From NCBI RefSeq assembly GCF_006345805.1, contig NC_042999.1:89838001-89902000 (forward strand): a stretch of DNA of 64,000 nt, written 5' to 3'. A model generated the notes under the pieces. That model was not told the origin of the DNA, did not search any database, and saw only the letters and a list, made by a program, of their open reading frames with translations. A program made the position numbers and the translations under genes. This document shows positions 1 through 13,445 of the stretch, piece by piece. The stretch comes from Octopus sinensis. Lineage: Eukaryota. Positions within the stretch are counted from its first letter, which is position 1; each line of letters begins with the position of its first letter.

Positions 1-430
1 AATATTGGGCACAAAAGATTACTACATAAATAATCGTTCTCAAGGACATGCTTAAGATAGTTTCCAGAAGGAATTGATATTGGTATTTTATCTGTATATT
101 CAAACATGCACAGAATATTGGTTGACACAGAGTACTATAATCCATATAAATATACATTCTTTGGTGACAAGAGTATACTTTAATAATTCCTCCTGGAAAT
201 TATCTTGAGATGTATAATATATTTGTTGTAATCTTTTGTGCCCATTATTTCAATGAGCTTGTTAAACTTTTTTATATTCTCAACATACTTTTATAGTACT
301 CTGTGTCAACCAATATTCTGTGCATGTTTGAATATACAGATAAAATACCAATATCAATTCCTTCTGGAAACTATCTTAAGCATGTCCTTGAGAACGATTA
401 TTTATGTAGTAATCTTTTGTGCCCAATATT
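1..430. repeat. Perfect inverted repeat, arms 1-140 and 291-430, 150-bp spacer (left arm cut by the window edge)
   Basis: Positions 1-140 are the exact reverse complement of 291-430 by direct comparison. Confidence 0.95.
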
Positions 431-1038
431 TTAAGGACTTGTTGAACTTTTTTGTCCTTAACATGTCCCTGTTACCAAAGACTGTATACATGTAATGTAG
501 CAATTTGCAACAACCAATAATTAATGCAACCAAACTTCTACATGTTACTTTTGACAATCTTTTTCCAAAGAGTGAAACCGGTAAAGTAAATAAACATCTT
601 TTAAATTGCATTTTCAAACCTTCTTTCGTATATATATTTATATATATGTGTCTGTTGTCACCATCATTGCTTGAGAACCAATGTCAATGTAATTATGTCC
701 CCATAACTTAGCGGTTTGGCAAAAGAGCCCAATACAATAAGTACTCAGCTAACACTCTTTAAAGCAATGCTCCAGCATGGCTGCAGTCAAGTGATTGAAA
801 CAAGTAAAAGAATAAAAGAACTTAATGAAACAGAGTTAGGTCTCAAATACTAACACAGTATCAACTGGTGGCAGGCTCCATAGAGCAAAAAGTAGTTGCT
901 GGCTAATTCAGTTAAATCAGTGACCTTGTTCTATTTGTATCAAGACTTCTTGACAAATATATATATATATATTCTATGTAAATAAAATTTAAAAAATACT
1001 ATTTTATCAGCTTTGAAGAAACTCAAGTTGCAACTTAC

Positions 1039-1176
1039 GTTCAGCACCATAGGATTGGCTATTCTGTCCACAATTATTACAGGATTTTTTGCAGTTATTT
1101 AGCATATAGCCTGGGTTCCTGTGACATTCTCCACTTTCTGCCCAATCTTTACAGTGCGTGTTTCCATCCAGACAAT
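1039..1176 (-). CDS. ShKT domain 5 exon (DCLDGNTHCKDWAESGECHRNPGYMLNNCKKSCNNCGQNSQSYGAE)
   Basis: 138 nt, phase 1-1, ttatttttccag acceptor, gtaagt donor. Canonical WA..GEC..NP.YM..NC.KSC. Confidence 0.95.
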
Positions 1177-4100
1177 CTGGAAAAATAAAGAAGTAAATTC
1201 CGTAATGATCCTCAACTGTGTCTAAAATTTCTAAATTCTGGTTTCTAGTATTAAAATTATGAGAGAGAAATTTCTTATTGGCTAGGAAGCTGGTATACGA
1301 TAGGAAGATTAGATTTTAAAAGTCAACTGCTTCTTGTGCAGTTTAGAATGAAACAAGATGGAGTTAAATCATATTCCTGAAGAGACTTTAAAATGTCTAC
1401 AGTGCAATGGAGAAATGGACTCATGGGTTTTGAGTTTTATAATGTTTTCTTTTCCATCTGAATTAGTATATAAAGATGTTGATTAATGCAGTGCAGTCAG
1501 CTAGAGGTTCTGAGTTCAATCTCAGGTGAGTTACTCAGGTGAATCATATGACACCTGAAGAAGGCTGGAGCATACAAGAGCTGAAACATAATGGAAACAG
1601 CAGTGTAGATGAGGGCACCAGTCCAACTAATCTAAACAGTGTACATAATGTAAATTCCTCATTTCAGAGGAATATTTTACTGTCAGGATATTTTTACTGT
1701 ACTTGAAGGTTATTTTAATAAGCTGCATCCAAAATGGAATCCATTTTGTTACCATCACATCTAGATTTCAATATACCCAAGCCCACCAATTTTCAGTGAG
1801 TGATATGCTTGGACTTTAATATGGTCGATTTTACCCTGGGGCAACAGAGTGGATACACCAAATATCGATGCTATTTATGTATGTGAGACAGCAGAGCTAG
1901 GGAAAGAGTGATCAAGTAATGGCCATAGCAAACAATAGTCCCAGGGTGTTTCAATGTGGTTGAAGAGCCTTTAGTTCAACCAGGAAAAAACATCCTACCT
2001 CCACTCCATATTAAACTTGGCATTATGAAGCAATTTGTTATAGCTCTGGATAAAGATGAACCTTGCTCTCACCATATCTGCAGCACATTTCCTGGTCTGA
2101 GCAGCAAAAGATAAAAGCTGGAGTATTTGATGGGCCTCAAAACAGAAAATTAAATGATGAGAACTTTGTAAATTCAATAATCTGCATTGAAGCAACATCA
2201 TGGAATTCATTTGTAATAGTTGTAAATGACTTTCTGAGCAGCAAGAAAGCAAACAACTATGCTGAAATAACTGACATCATGCTGTAAAATATGAGCATAA
2301 AGCCACACTGTTTCCACAGCCAGTTTGATAAATTACCTGAAGATCAAGGTGACACTAGTGATGATCAGAGAGAACATAAAATCAATGACACAAAAATATC
2401 AAGTCAGATACGACCTGCATATGATGGCAACCTTTTGCTTGAATTTTGGTCAGCACTCAAGAAAATAATCCAAATGCAAATTCAGAGTAAATTAGGCATA
2501 AACAATGATGTATCAGGTCATCCCATAAGTTCTGTTCGAATTTTGAATAAAGAAAACAAGTGATCAAATGTTATATTTAATTGAAATTTAATCATCAATG
2601 TACTTTCCCTGATTATCTATGACTTCTTTCCATCTATTTACAAGCTTTTTAATCTCATCAATGTAAAACACTTTTGCTTTCAAAGCGAAGAACTCTGAAA
2701 TGTCAGTTTTGAACTCCTCTTGGCTTTTGAAAGTTATGTCCCCCAAATGATTCTGTAAACTACAAAACAAATGGTAGTCTGAAGAAGCAAGGTCAAGCGA
2801 ATAAGGTGGATGAGGAATTTTTTCCCAACCAAGCTCTTTGATCTTCTGAGATCTGATCTTTGCAGTGCTGAGTCCCTCATTGTCCTGATGAAACATCACT
2901 CCTTTTTGATTCACTAATGTGGGTCATTTTTTCTTCAAAGCTTGGTTCAAATGCTCTAATTGCTGACAGTAGACTTGAGCATTGATTGTTGCATTAGGTG
3001 GTAACAATTCAAAGGGAATTACTCCCTTGCAATCCCACCAGATAGAGAGAAGAACCTTTTTCCCATGAAGTTCCCTTCTCAGTTGTGGTTGAGCTTTTTC
3101 CCTTTTACCAAGCCACTGTTTACAACATTTAACATTTCAATAGAAGATCCATTTTTCGTCACAAGTCTATCCAAAGAGGGTGAAATGAGTTCATGAGAAT
3201 GGAGAGAAGAGCAGATGTCAACTCGGGACTTTCGGTTGCTTTCTGACAATTCATGTGGCACCCATTTTCCAAGTTGTTGAAGATGACGATGAACAGTTGT
3301 ATGGTTTGAACTAAACTTTATTGCCAATTCTTCAACTGATAATGCAGGATTTTCTTCAAGTAATGCCTCAAGGCATTATCAAACTCAACTGGACACCCTG
3401 TTTGATCTTCAAGGCTTAAATCTCCACTTCTGAATTTTACAAACCATCTGCTGCAAGTTCTTTCATTCAAGCATTCTTTCCCATAAACTGAGTGTATGTT
3501 TCAAGTCGCTTTGACTGTAGAGTTTCCTTTTTTGTACTCATAAAGCATTATGTGCCTGAAATGCTCTTTGGATACTTCCATGATAGAAAGGGTTTTCATG
3601 AAAGAAATTTTAATTCTATTATTCTGTAAAATAATATTTAATTAGTTTAAATGTACACAAATGCATAAAAATAATTTTTAATTCCATTAGACATTCTAAA
3701 ATGCTATTAAATTTCATTCAATTTTAAAAAAGGTAAAATCAGACAGAACTAATGGGATGGATGACTTGATAACTTTTTTGTGGAAATTTTTAGATTTTCA
3801 CTAGTTTTTCAGTAGAATTTTAAAACATTCCAGTTTTGAAGAAAAATCAGTTTCTATGTATATTTGTATGTTATACCATGATTTGCAAAAGCTGTTTCAT
3901 TGAGAAGAAAAAAATGCAGAAAACAAAATTGTATGGATCCAGTATTTAGAAATTTTGACACAACGGTAATAAATGAATGTCATTTTTGGATTTTGTGCGT
4001 AAAACAACCCCTAGTTTAAGTCCAAACATTCTGATAACAGGAAAATTTTGTCGACATCTAAATGAATTATTAAAATACACATTTTTCCCTAACACCACCT

Positions 4101-7100
4101 ACAAATTATTCTAAAATTCATCAACCTGTATTCTCTAAATGTCATCTCTCTAAAAGAGCCTTGAGTGAGACTATATCTTAATTGGTACGCATGCTGTTCA
4201 AAGACTGATAAAATATTCTCACCTATATCAACCTCTCCTTCCTCTTTACCTCCACTGGTGCACTGTGAGCAGGACTTCTTGCAATTCTTCAACATAAAAG
4301 CAGCATTAATCCTGCAATGGCCTACTTTGGCCCAGATTGGACACAAATAGTTATTGTCGTCACACTTAACTGTAAATAAATGTAAGATATATTTTTTTTA
4401 AATAGTGAAACTATTAAAAACCAATGATGCTGAAATTTCCATACAAATTTTTGCAGAGTTTATAATTTAATATTGTTGTTAGTAAAACATGTAATAAGAT
4501 AGTTGTTGATTGTCTACCAGCTTATTACTTTTCAGATACAGAGTTCCTTACCAGCTGCAAGGCAGGTTGTTTTTTATGTATCATCATTTAACATCCCCTA
4601 TTTCATGCTGAGATTTATTATATAGTCTGAAAAGTACAGTCAAACCAGAAGATTCCACCAGGTTCTATGTCTGCTTTGACATGGTTTCTACAGCTGGATG
4701 CCTTTCCTAATGCCAACCACTTTACAAAGTGTTCTAGGAACTATTTACATGGTACCAGTAATCACAGGATAAGATCTCTCAAGTGAGTGAGTGTAGACCA
4801 TAGGGATAAGAAGCTATGGTTGGAGGACAGGAACATGAGTCCACCTGGAGAGAGAATGAGTAGAAAGAAAGGATGTAAAGTACAGGTACAATGTTTGTGT
4901 GCGTATGTCTGTATACACACACACACACACACGTTCATGAAGAAGAGGCTGTGACCCTGACCTTTGCAGGCCTTTCAAGATTGAAAAGTTTGATACTGTT
5001 AATTTTCTTTTTTAAACTTTGGCAAGAAAGATATGATAAAGAAGAAAATCCCAGAGGCCCAATGTTCTAAGGAGAAAAGACCAAGCATAATGGTGAGTGC
5101 AGAGTCAGCATGGTTGGATACAACAAGAGTGAGAAGAGCTAGTGAGACAAAGGAGATAGTAGGGGAGGGAGTTGAAATCAGCCAACTCTGATGAACAGAA
5201 GCTATTATAAAGAGTTTATATTCTTAAGAAAATGTATGTATTAACATAGTTAAGACAATAGAAATAATCGTCAGAAAACTTAAGCACTATTGGAATCATA
5301 ACCACTGAGACAACCTGAATGAAATACATGTGGGTGTCTTATCACATAGCCACCAGAGCAACTAAATATCAGATCAACAAAATTCTAAACTTGATACTGT
5401 ATAACATCTCATTTCATTTACTTGAGAGGCTATAGTCACTCAACTTGCTCGAAATAAAACTGAATCACCCTTCACCATCTTAAAGAAAGTATACGTTGGA
5501 CACTAGCACTGTATGACAGCCTATTGCTGGAACTTGGCTCAGCACTCAAGAAAATTGTCCAAATGCAAATTCAGAGTAAACTAGGCATAAACATTGATGT
5601 AATTTGTTTGTAGACATTTTTAGATATTCACTAGTTTTTCAGAAGAATTTAAAACATTCCAGTTTTGAAGGAAAACCAGTTCCTATGTATATTTGTATGT
5701 TATGCCATGTTCTTCATAAGCTCTTTCATTGAAAAGAAAAAAGAGCAGGAAACAAAGTTGGATGGATCCAGTATCTAGAAATCTTGATGCAATGTTTAAG
5801 TCCCAGCATTCTGATAACAGAAAAATTTTGTTGACCCGTATAATTAACAGACTTATTTGTTAACATCTAAATGAACACATTCATTATTGGATTCCTATGC
5901 TTTGCAGACTTCTTTAAATAAAATATTACACATATACTCTACTGATATTGCAAATATATTTCTATGTCATGTTTTAGAATTCATCAACTCACACTAGATA
6001 ATGGGATCTGTGAACTGATATAATGTAGATTGAATTTAGATTTATTAATAGACACATTTTTCCCTAAATCCACCTACAAATTATTCTAAAATTCATCAAC
6101 CTGTATTCTCTAAATATCATCTCTCTAAAAGAGCCTTGAGTGAGACTATATCTTAATTGATACACATGCTGTTCAAAGGCTAATAAAACATACTCACCTA
6201 TATCAACCTTTTCTTCCTCTTTACCTCCACTGGTGCACTGTGAGCAGGACTTCTTGCAATTCTTCAACATAAAAGCAGCATTAATCCTGCAATGGCCTAC
6301 TTTGGCCCAGATTGGACACAAATAGTTATTGTCGTCACAATTAACCTTTTCTTCCTCTTTACCTCCACTGGTGCACTGTGAGCAGGACTTCTTGCAATTC
6401 TTCGACATAAAAGCAGCATTAATCCTGCAATGGCCTACTTTGGCCCAGATTGGACACAAATAGTTATTGTCGTCACAATTAACTGTAAATAAATGTAAGA
6501 TATATTTTTTAAAATAGTGAAACTATTAGAAACCAATGATGCTGAAATTTCCATACAAATTTTTGCAGAGTTTATAATTTAATATTGTTGTTAGTAACAC
6601 GTGTAACAAGATAGCTGTTGGTTGTCTACCAGCTTATTACTTTTCAGATACAGAGTCCCTTACCAGCTGCAAGGCAGGTTGTTGTTTATATATCATCATT
6701 TTACATCCCCTATTTCATGCTGAGATTTATTGGATAGTCTGAAAAGTACAGTCAAACCAGAAGATTCCACCAGGTTCTATGTCTGCTTTGACATGGTTTC
6801 TACAGCTGGATGCCTTTCCTAATGCCAACCACTTTACAAAGTGTGCTGGGAGCTTTTTACCTGGTACCAGTAATCACAGGTTAAGATCTCTCAAGTGAGT
6901 GAGTGTAGACCATAGGGATAAGAAGCTATGATGGGAGGACAGGAACATGTGTCCACCTGGAGAGAGAGAGTAGAATAAAAGGATGTAAAGTACAGGTACA
7001 ATGTTTGTGTGAGTATGTCTATATACACATTCATGAAGAAGAGGCTGTGACCCTGACCTTTGCAGGCCTTTCAAGACTGAAAAGTTTGATATTGTTAATT

Positions 7101-10100
7101 TTCTTTTTTAAACTTTTGCAAGAAAGATATGATAAGGAAGAAAATCCCAGAGGCCCAATGTTCTAAGGAGAAAAGACCGAGCATAGTGGTGAGTGCAGAG
7201 CCAGTGTGGTTGGATGCAACAAGAGTGAGAAGAGCTGGTGAGACAAAAGAAATAGGGGAGCCCGGCTAAGGGAGGGAGATGAAATCAGCCAACTCTGAAG
7301 AACAGAGGCTATTATAAAGAGTTTATATTCTTAAGAAAATGTATGTATTAACATTGCACTGTAGCTAAAACAATAGAAATAATCGTCAGAAAACTAAAGG
7401 ATTGTTGGAATCATAACCATTGAGACAACCTGAATGAAATACAAGTGTGTGTCTTATCACGTAGCCACCAGAGCAACTAAATATCAGATCAACAAAATTC
7501 TAAACTAGATACCATATAACACCTTGTTAACTTGCTTGAAATAAAACTGAATCACCCCTTATCATCTTAAAGAAAGGATACATTGGATAGAATGGTTTTA
7601 AAGTTTTCTCAATCAAGGCTTTTGTAAGGAAGTGAATATTGCTTGAGACAAGTTTGTTTTAGAGTATGTTTCCTGCCTTATTTCAAAGAACTATTGTCTT
7701 AAAGAAAATGGGAGATCTGACTCAAGTACTTGGAATAGAGCTGGACTCTTCTGCTAAATGAACACAAGGGCCAAGTAGCGGAGCTAAACTAGACAACAGC
7801 TTAAGTCTACCTACCCACCCAAATTGGCCACAGCAGGATTTGAACTCAGAATGCAAAGGGCCAATTTCTTTTGTTCATCACTCAAGATTGGTACTTATTT
7901 CATTGACCCTAGAAGGATGGAAAGCAAAGTTGATTGTGGCAGGATTAAAAATCAGAATGCAAGAAGCCAAAATAAATACCACAAGGTATTCCTTGCAATG
8001 TTCTCTAATTTGCTGCCTTATTTTAGAGTTAAATTATTGTTTGATATTTCCATACTAGTCCCATGATTGTTTTAATGTTTTTACCTTATTTTTTGAATGA
8101 TAAAACATCTGATTGTCCTAAAATGTGCTACTCCTAAGCCTGGCTTTAAATTAGGGACCTTCATATTCAATTCATGTTGTCAGCCTTTTTAACCACTACA
8201 GTACAACAAATCATCAGAAAATCTGATCGTCTTAAACATATTTGATCCATATTGTGCTTATTGGGCTTTCCATTTCAGTATTTAGTGAAATGTAAGCATT
8301 TTTATCTATTACATTAATATCAAGCAGTGAGAATGAGTGCTCAACACCACATTGGTGGATAAATATTCTTTATTCATAGGGTAACCAGACTACTATTTGT
8401 TTATGTTGGGAAAGATATCTCTCAACAATTCATTCAAGTCTGTACCTTGGGATATTAGTATTTGTCTCCATCTTGGAAAAACAAAGTATTTTTATCTATT
8501 TTTTTTTCTTTAATTTCTGTGAAGGCATGTGGCCTTTTGATTAGTGAGTCAGGTTCATGATCATTTGGTCTTGGGTCCATTTCCTGGCCAAGTGTCACAC
8601 TGAATCCTCAAGAAAAACCCTTAATTTTACAATGCTTTAGTCCAGTGCTCCGCAAACATTTTTTCACTTGTAGTACACTTATATACTTTTCAAAATTTGG
8701 TGGTACACCTGAACTAAAAATGTAACTAAAAGTATATCTTTGTTCTGCATCTAAAGATGAAAACTTTTATTTTCATATGAAACATATAAACATGTACATC
8801 TTTTAGAACATTGTCACTTTATAAGATTTTGCTGACAAATTTTTAAATTAACAAAAACATTTATTTACATGAAAGAAAACACTGGAGAACTTTCATCTAA
8901 TTCTTCCAAATTTTCTGTTAAAACTTTATTGTGGGGAATACTTTATCACAGCAAATGGTCACACACCACACGGTTCCATTAATCCTACTGAAGCATGCCA
9001 GCATGCACACAGCACTACCATGGGCTAAGGTGTTGGGAAAGCCAAGCACCCTCATGGGCATCACTTGACGAACTTAAAAATGCTTTAACTTCATCAGTTG
9101 AGACATCATCCTCCACACAGTAAGGGAAAATTCTCCACCACTTTATCATTTTGCTTGGCAAACTTACCAGGAGAATGGATGTGGATAGCTGTGTGAAAAA
9201 GTGCTACTCCCTAGTGGATGAGGGAACCTGTGGAAGAGGTAGATCCAGGAAGACCTGGGATGAGGTGGTGAAGCATGACCTTCAAATATTGGGCCTCACT
9301 GAGGCAATGACTAGTGACCAAGACCTTTGGAAATATGCTGTGCTTGAGAAGACTTGGCAAGCTTAAGTGAGACCATAACCTTGTGGTCTATGCCAGAGGT
9401 GTAACCAGCCCGCTTATGCGTACCTTTCCTTCATTGGACACTAAACTCTGCTTGGGAAGACCTGCTGAGGCAAGTGAAATCGAAATCAAATTCGATGACT
9501 GGCATCCGTGCTAGTGGACCACTAAGAGTACCATACGAACGTGATTGTTGCCAGAGCAACAAGCTGGCCTCCATGCCAATGGCACGTAAAAAGCAACATT
9601 CGAGTGTGATCGTTACCCGCATCGTCTTACTGGCACATGAAAAAACATTCAACGAGGTCGTTGCCAATGCCACTGAACTGGTTCCTGTGCAGGTGGCACA
9701 TAAAAAGCACCATTTGAGCATGGCCAATGCCAGTACCGCCTGACTTGCCCTCGTGCTAGTGGCATGTAAAAGCACCAACTACACTCTTGGAGTGGTTGGC
9801 ATTAGGAAGGGCATCCAGCTGTAGAAACTCTGCCAGATCCGATTGGAGTCTGGTGCAGCCATCTGGTTTGCCAGACCTCAGTCAAATCGTCCAACCGATG
9901 TTAGCATGGAAAGCAGACGTTAAACGATGATGATGATGAACTCCAAATGTGAGCTCTCACTCTTCAACCACCCAGCTTTGCATGAGCAGACTACTAAACT
10001 ATTTGTTGACCCCCCCCCTCAATTGCGATTCCTTCTTCATCAGCATGGTACTCTTTGAGCCCCAATTACTGACCTAGCTTTTGAATCCATCTTTAGATCT

Positions 10101-13100
10101 AAAATAGCCAACCTCGAACAACTTTTAAAAAACCTTGAAGTATTTGAGTCCCACCAAGGTATTTTTATACTTAGGAATTACTTGTTAATTCCTAAGCAAT
10201 TAAATTTTCTGAGTGTTAGTCCCTCTTACAGATTCCTGTCATCCCTCCAATACTTTGATGACCTAATCTTCAGGAAACTCAAATGCCCCTCGACCCCACA
10301 GGTCTTCAAGGTCTGTCTTGCCACCTAAATGCTGGTCACTTCACTCATTACACCGAGCTAAACTTAATTATTAAGTGGGCCCTGGCTCAGCTTAATATCC
10401 CCTCAGTTCTGGAGCTGTCAGGGTTATCCAGAAGTGATCGAAAGTGATCAAATGGTCTTATCCTCTGTCCTCTAACCCACTACTGATGTTCTTGTCAATA
10501 CTGGTAGCTTGCCTAACCGAGGTGTCAAGTGATTGTCATGAGGGCACTTGGCTTTCCCAATGCCTGAGCCTTGCCATTGCCCATGGTATATGTTACCGAA
10601 TCATAAAATAATCACTTGCAAGTGATTTTTTTTTTAATCAGTTTTTACTGGTGTACATGGTGTTAAAATCCTGGTAGCCTCATGTAGTGAAAAACCCTGT
10701 ATACGTGTTATTTCACGGTAAACAGTGCAAAGGTACAGAAGGTATGAGTAAAGTGATGATTTAGTTTGTGTTGATTTCACAAGTAACAATGGTTGAATAT
10801 AACAGCATGCTGGTTTTTAGGATGGAGAAGTCACCAGTTCATATTGTTGTTGCTTGATAGAACAGACCTATGACCATAAGTGTTCCTTCTATGACCAGCC
10901 AGTTATTTCATTGGTTTTGCATAAACAAGGACAATGATGTATATTATATATTCATTCAGAGCAGTAAAAATAACAAACACTGTTTACAACACTATGAGTA
11001 TGTCACCAACCATTCCCAATGGGGAGGAGCTCACATATTTCTGACATGCATATGAAACAACTTTCAGCAAAGCAAAAAATGTCTTCATAAATAATATTCC
11101 CTGCAAACACTAAATTATAACAGTCTTCTGATCTCTTGCCAAAAGAGTCTCACCTAACTCTGCAGAATCCTCTCTACTTGCCATTCTCTATTCAAGATGG
11201 CTGTGCTTCTACTGCTAAAAATTTACACAATTACTACTTGTTTAGTCTCCCTTTCTATGGTCTACATTCACACATACGCTCATGCATGCACACACAAAAT
11301 AGAAAGAGCAACAAAACTCTTGCATTTTCTTCCTATATTCCAACTATCCTCCATCACACACTCAAAGCAAACACAGCACTCAAGATTCTTCAGACTTTTT
11401 CCATTTGTATGGATGTCACAAACTAAGGAAAACATAATGATGTGTCCCATCCCCTTACAAACACAACTTCTCTAACCCTGCTAACTAATAACCTATTGCA
11501 TTCAAAATCTCAAAGAAAATAGAGAGTATCATGAACAATACAATATCTCTTTATTTTTGGCCTCACCCTTTTGAATAATATCTTCACTTAGATTTGAAGC
11601 TACACAGGTTTCATTAAGTGTATTGTCATTATTACATAAGCCAGTTGGCTCTATTACTAAGAAATTTAGTGGTTCTTTTATCGTTTTCAGTCAGCAGACT
11701 GGCCACGCTGGGGCACCGCCTTGAAGAATTTTAATTGAAAAATTGATACCAGCTATTGCTTTTTTATGCCTGGTACTTCATTATTGGATGAGTAGGGTGT
11801 GGGTGATATTTTCAATTCACTAGGCTTAATCAAACAGACTGATAAATTATTTTACTTTACCTTCAACCGTTTCATCTTTTCCACCTTTGCATTTATCACA
11901 GGATTTTTTACAGTTAGTTAACATGTATACAGGATTCAGTTTACACTCGTTCATCTGAGCCCATACCGCACATGACCTATGGTTGTCTCTACAAACTGTA
12001 ATCAAAATGAAAAAAAAATTATTTATGCTGAGACATTTTCCTTTATATACAGCTTCTTCAGCTGATAAGATGCCTGTCTATCATCTCAATGTGACTTTGT
12101 CAAATGAGTAAAGAGATGTGACTCTCTTGGAGTTAACAGATGTAAACAACAAATATTTATATTGTTGAAAATTATTTCATTACACTTGCAGTATTAAACT
12201 TGAATCTTCCAATGAACAGCATTGCTTTGCACTAGTTCTTGAGTAAAGTTATTCTTAGCTTAGTGCCTCAGAAGCTTAAATAAAATTCAGTTAATATCAG
12301 TAGTTATTTCAACATTAAAGAATTGACTTACTCTTTTCTTCTGTAGGTTCAGTTACACCTCCATCACCACTTGTATCTGTAATAATCAATCGTAACGAAA
12401 CTTGTTATACAACCAAAAACAAACAAATTTCATTGTACAGAGCCACCTGGATTGTTCATCCCTAATATCTCTCCTACTGATCATCCTCACCCTCCCTACT
12501 AAATATGACTAACCACACAATTCTACTACAAGAGCCTGCTCTACCCCACTTCTTTCATAATTTAATCCTTTGACGCCCCAGTATAAAGTCAACACCCCAC
12601 TCCCTTGGGGTTTATAGTCTTGTGAGCTGCATGGTGACCTTGGCAGTGCTGGTGGCACACAAAAAAAGCATTCAGTTCACATTATAAAGTAACTGGCATT
12701 AGAAAGGGCACCCAGCCAAAGAAACTATTCTAAAGCAGATACTGTCCTTGGATTCATCTTCATCAGATCCTGTTAACCAATCCAACCCATGCTTGCACGG
12801 AACATGGACATTAAACCTTTCGTTACTGTATTTATTTTGAGATGCTCTGTGTTTCTTTCAATTAATTTTAAATATAACAAAGAATTTAGTAAAATAACTT
12901 AGTAATCATTCAGCTAGTGTTAGGAACCTAAATTGTGACTAAGGTTTGGTGGAAGATTTTAATTCAGAACGATTGAAAACAAGACAGAGCCGGTTTCAGC
13001 TGGGTTGGTAATGAAAGGGTTAAATGACAGTGATCTCACTTTCTTTATGTCTCTTTCCAAATCTCACTAACACTTTATATCATTCTTGTTCTTCAAAAAG

Positions 13101-13411
13101 CATTATAAATGCATCACAATCATCACTCATGAGTGAGTGAAGCTTGGAAACATGTACCATGCCTTTGTTAATTGCTTTAGGTGTCTTTATAGTCACGAAC
13201 ATACAGATGATGTAGTAATGATAATCTTTTTATTATAGGCACACAGCCTGAAATTTGGTGGGAGGGGGCTGGTCAAGTACATTGACCTCTGTGTCCAGCT
13301 GGTACTTATTTTATCTGCCTCAAAAGGATAAAAGGCAAAGTCAGCCTCTGTAGCATTTGAACACAATGAGGTGCAAAAAACGTTGCTATTCACTTTGTCC
13401 AGTTGGTAGCC

Positions 13412-13445
<34 letters not shown>

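Larger units (their letters stand above)
2420..7587. repeat. Tandem segmental duplication carrying a ShKT exon: copy A about 2420-5500 (with mariner insert), copy B about 5505-7587
   Basis: Long colinear similarity, e.g. 3785-5500 vs 5612-7587, and 2440-2512 vs 5530-5602. Both copies contain the same exon and flanking intron repeats. Confidence 0.92.

Noticed and set aside
1551-1593. Hammerhead-like ctgaaga-aggc...gct-gaaac
   Set aside because: Stem III, the cleavage triplet and stem I are degenerate, so it is at most a dead remnant.
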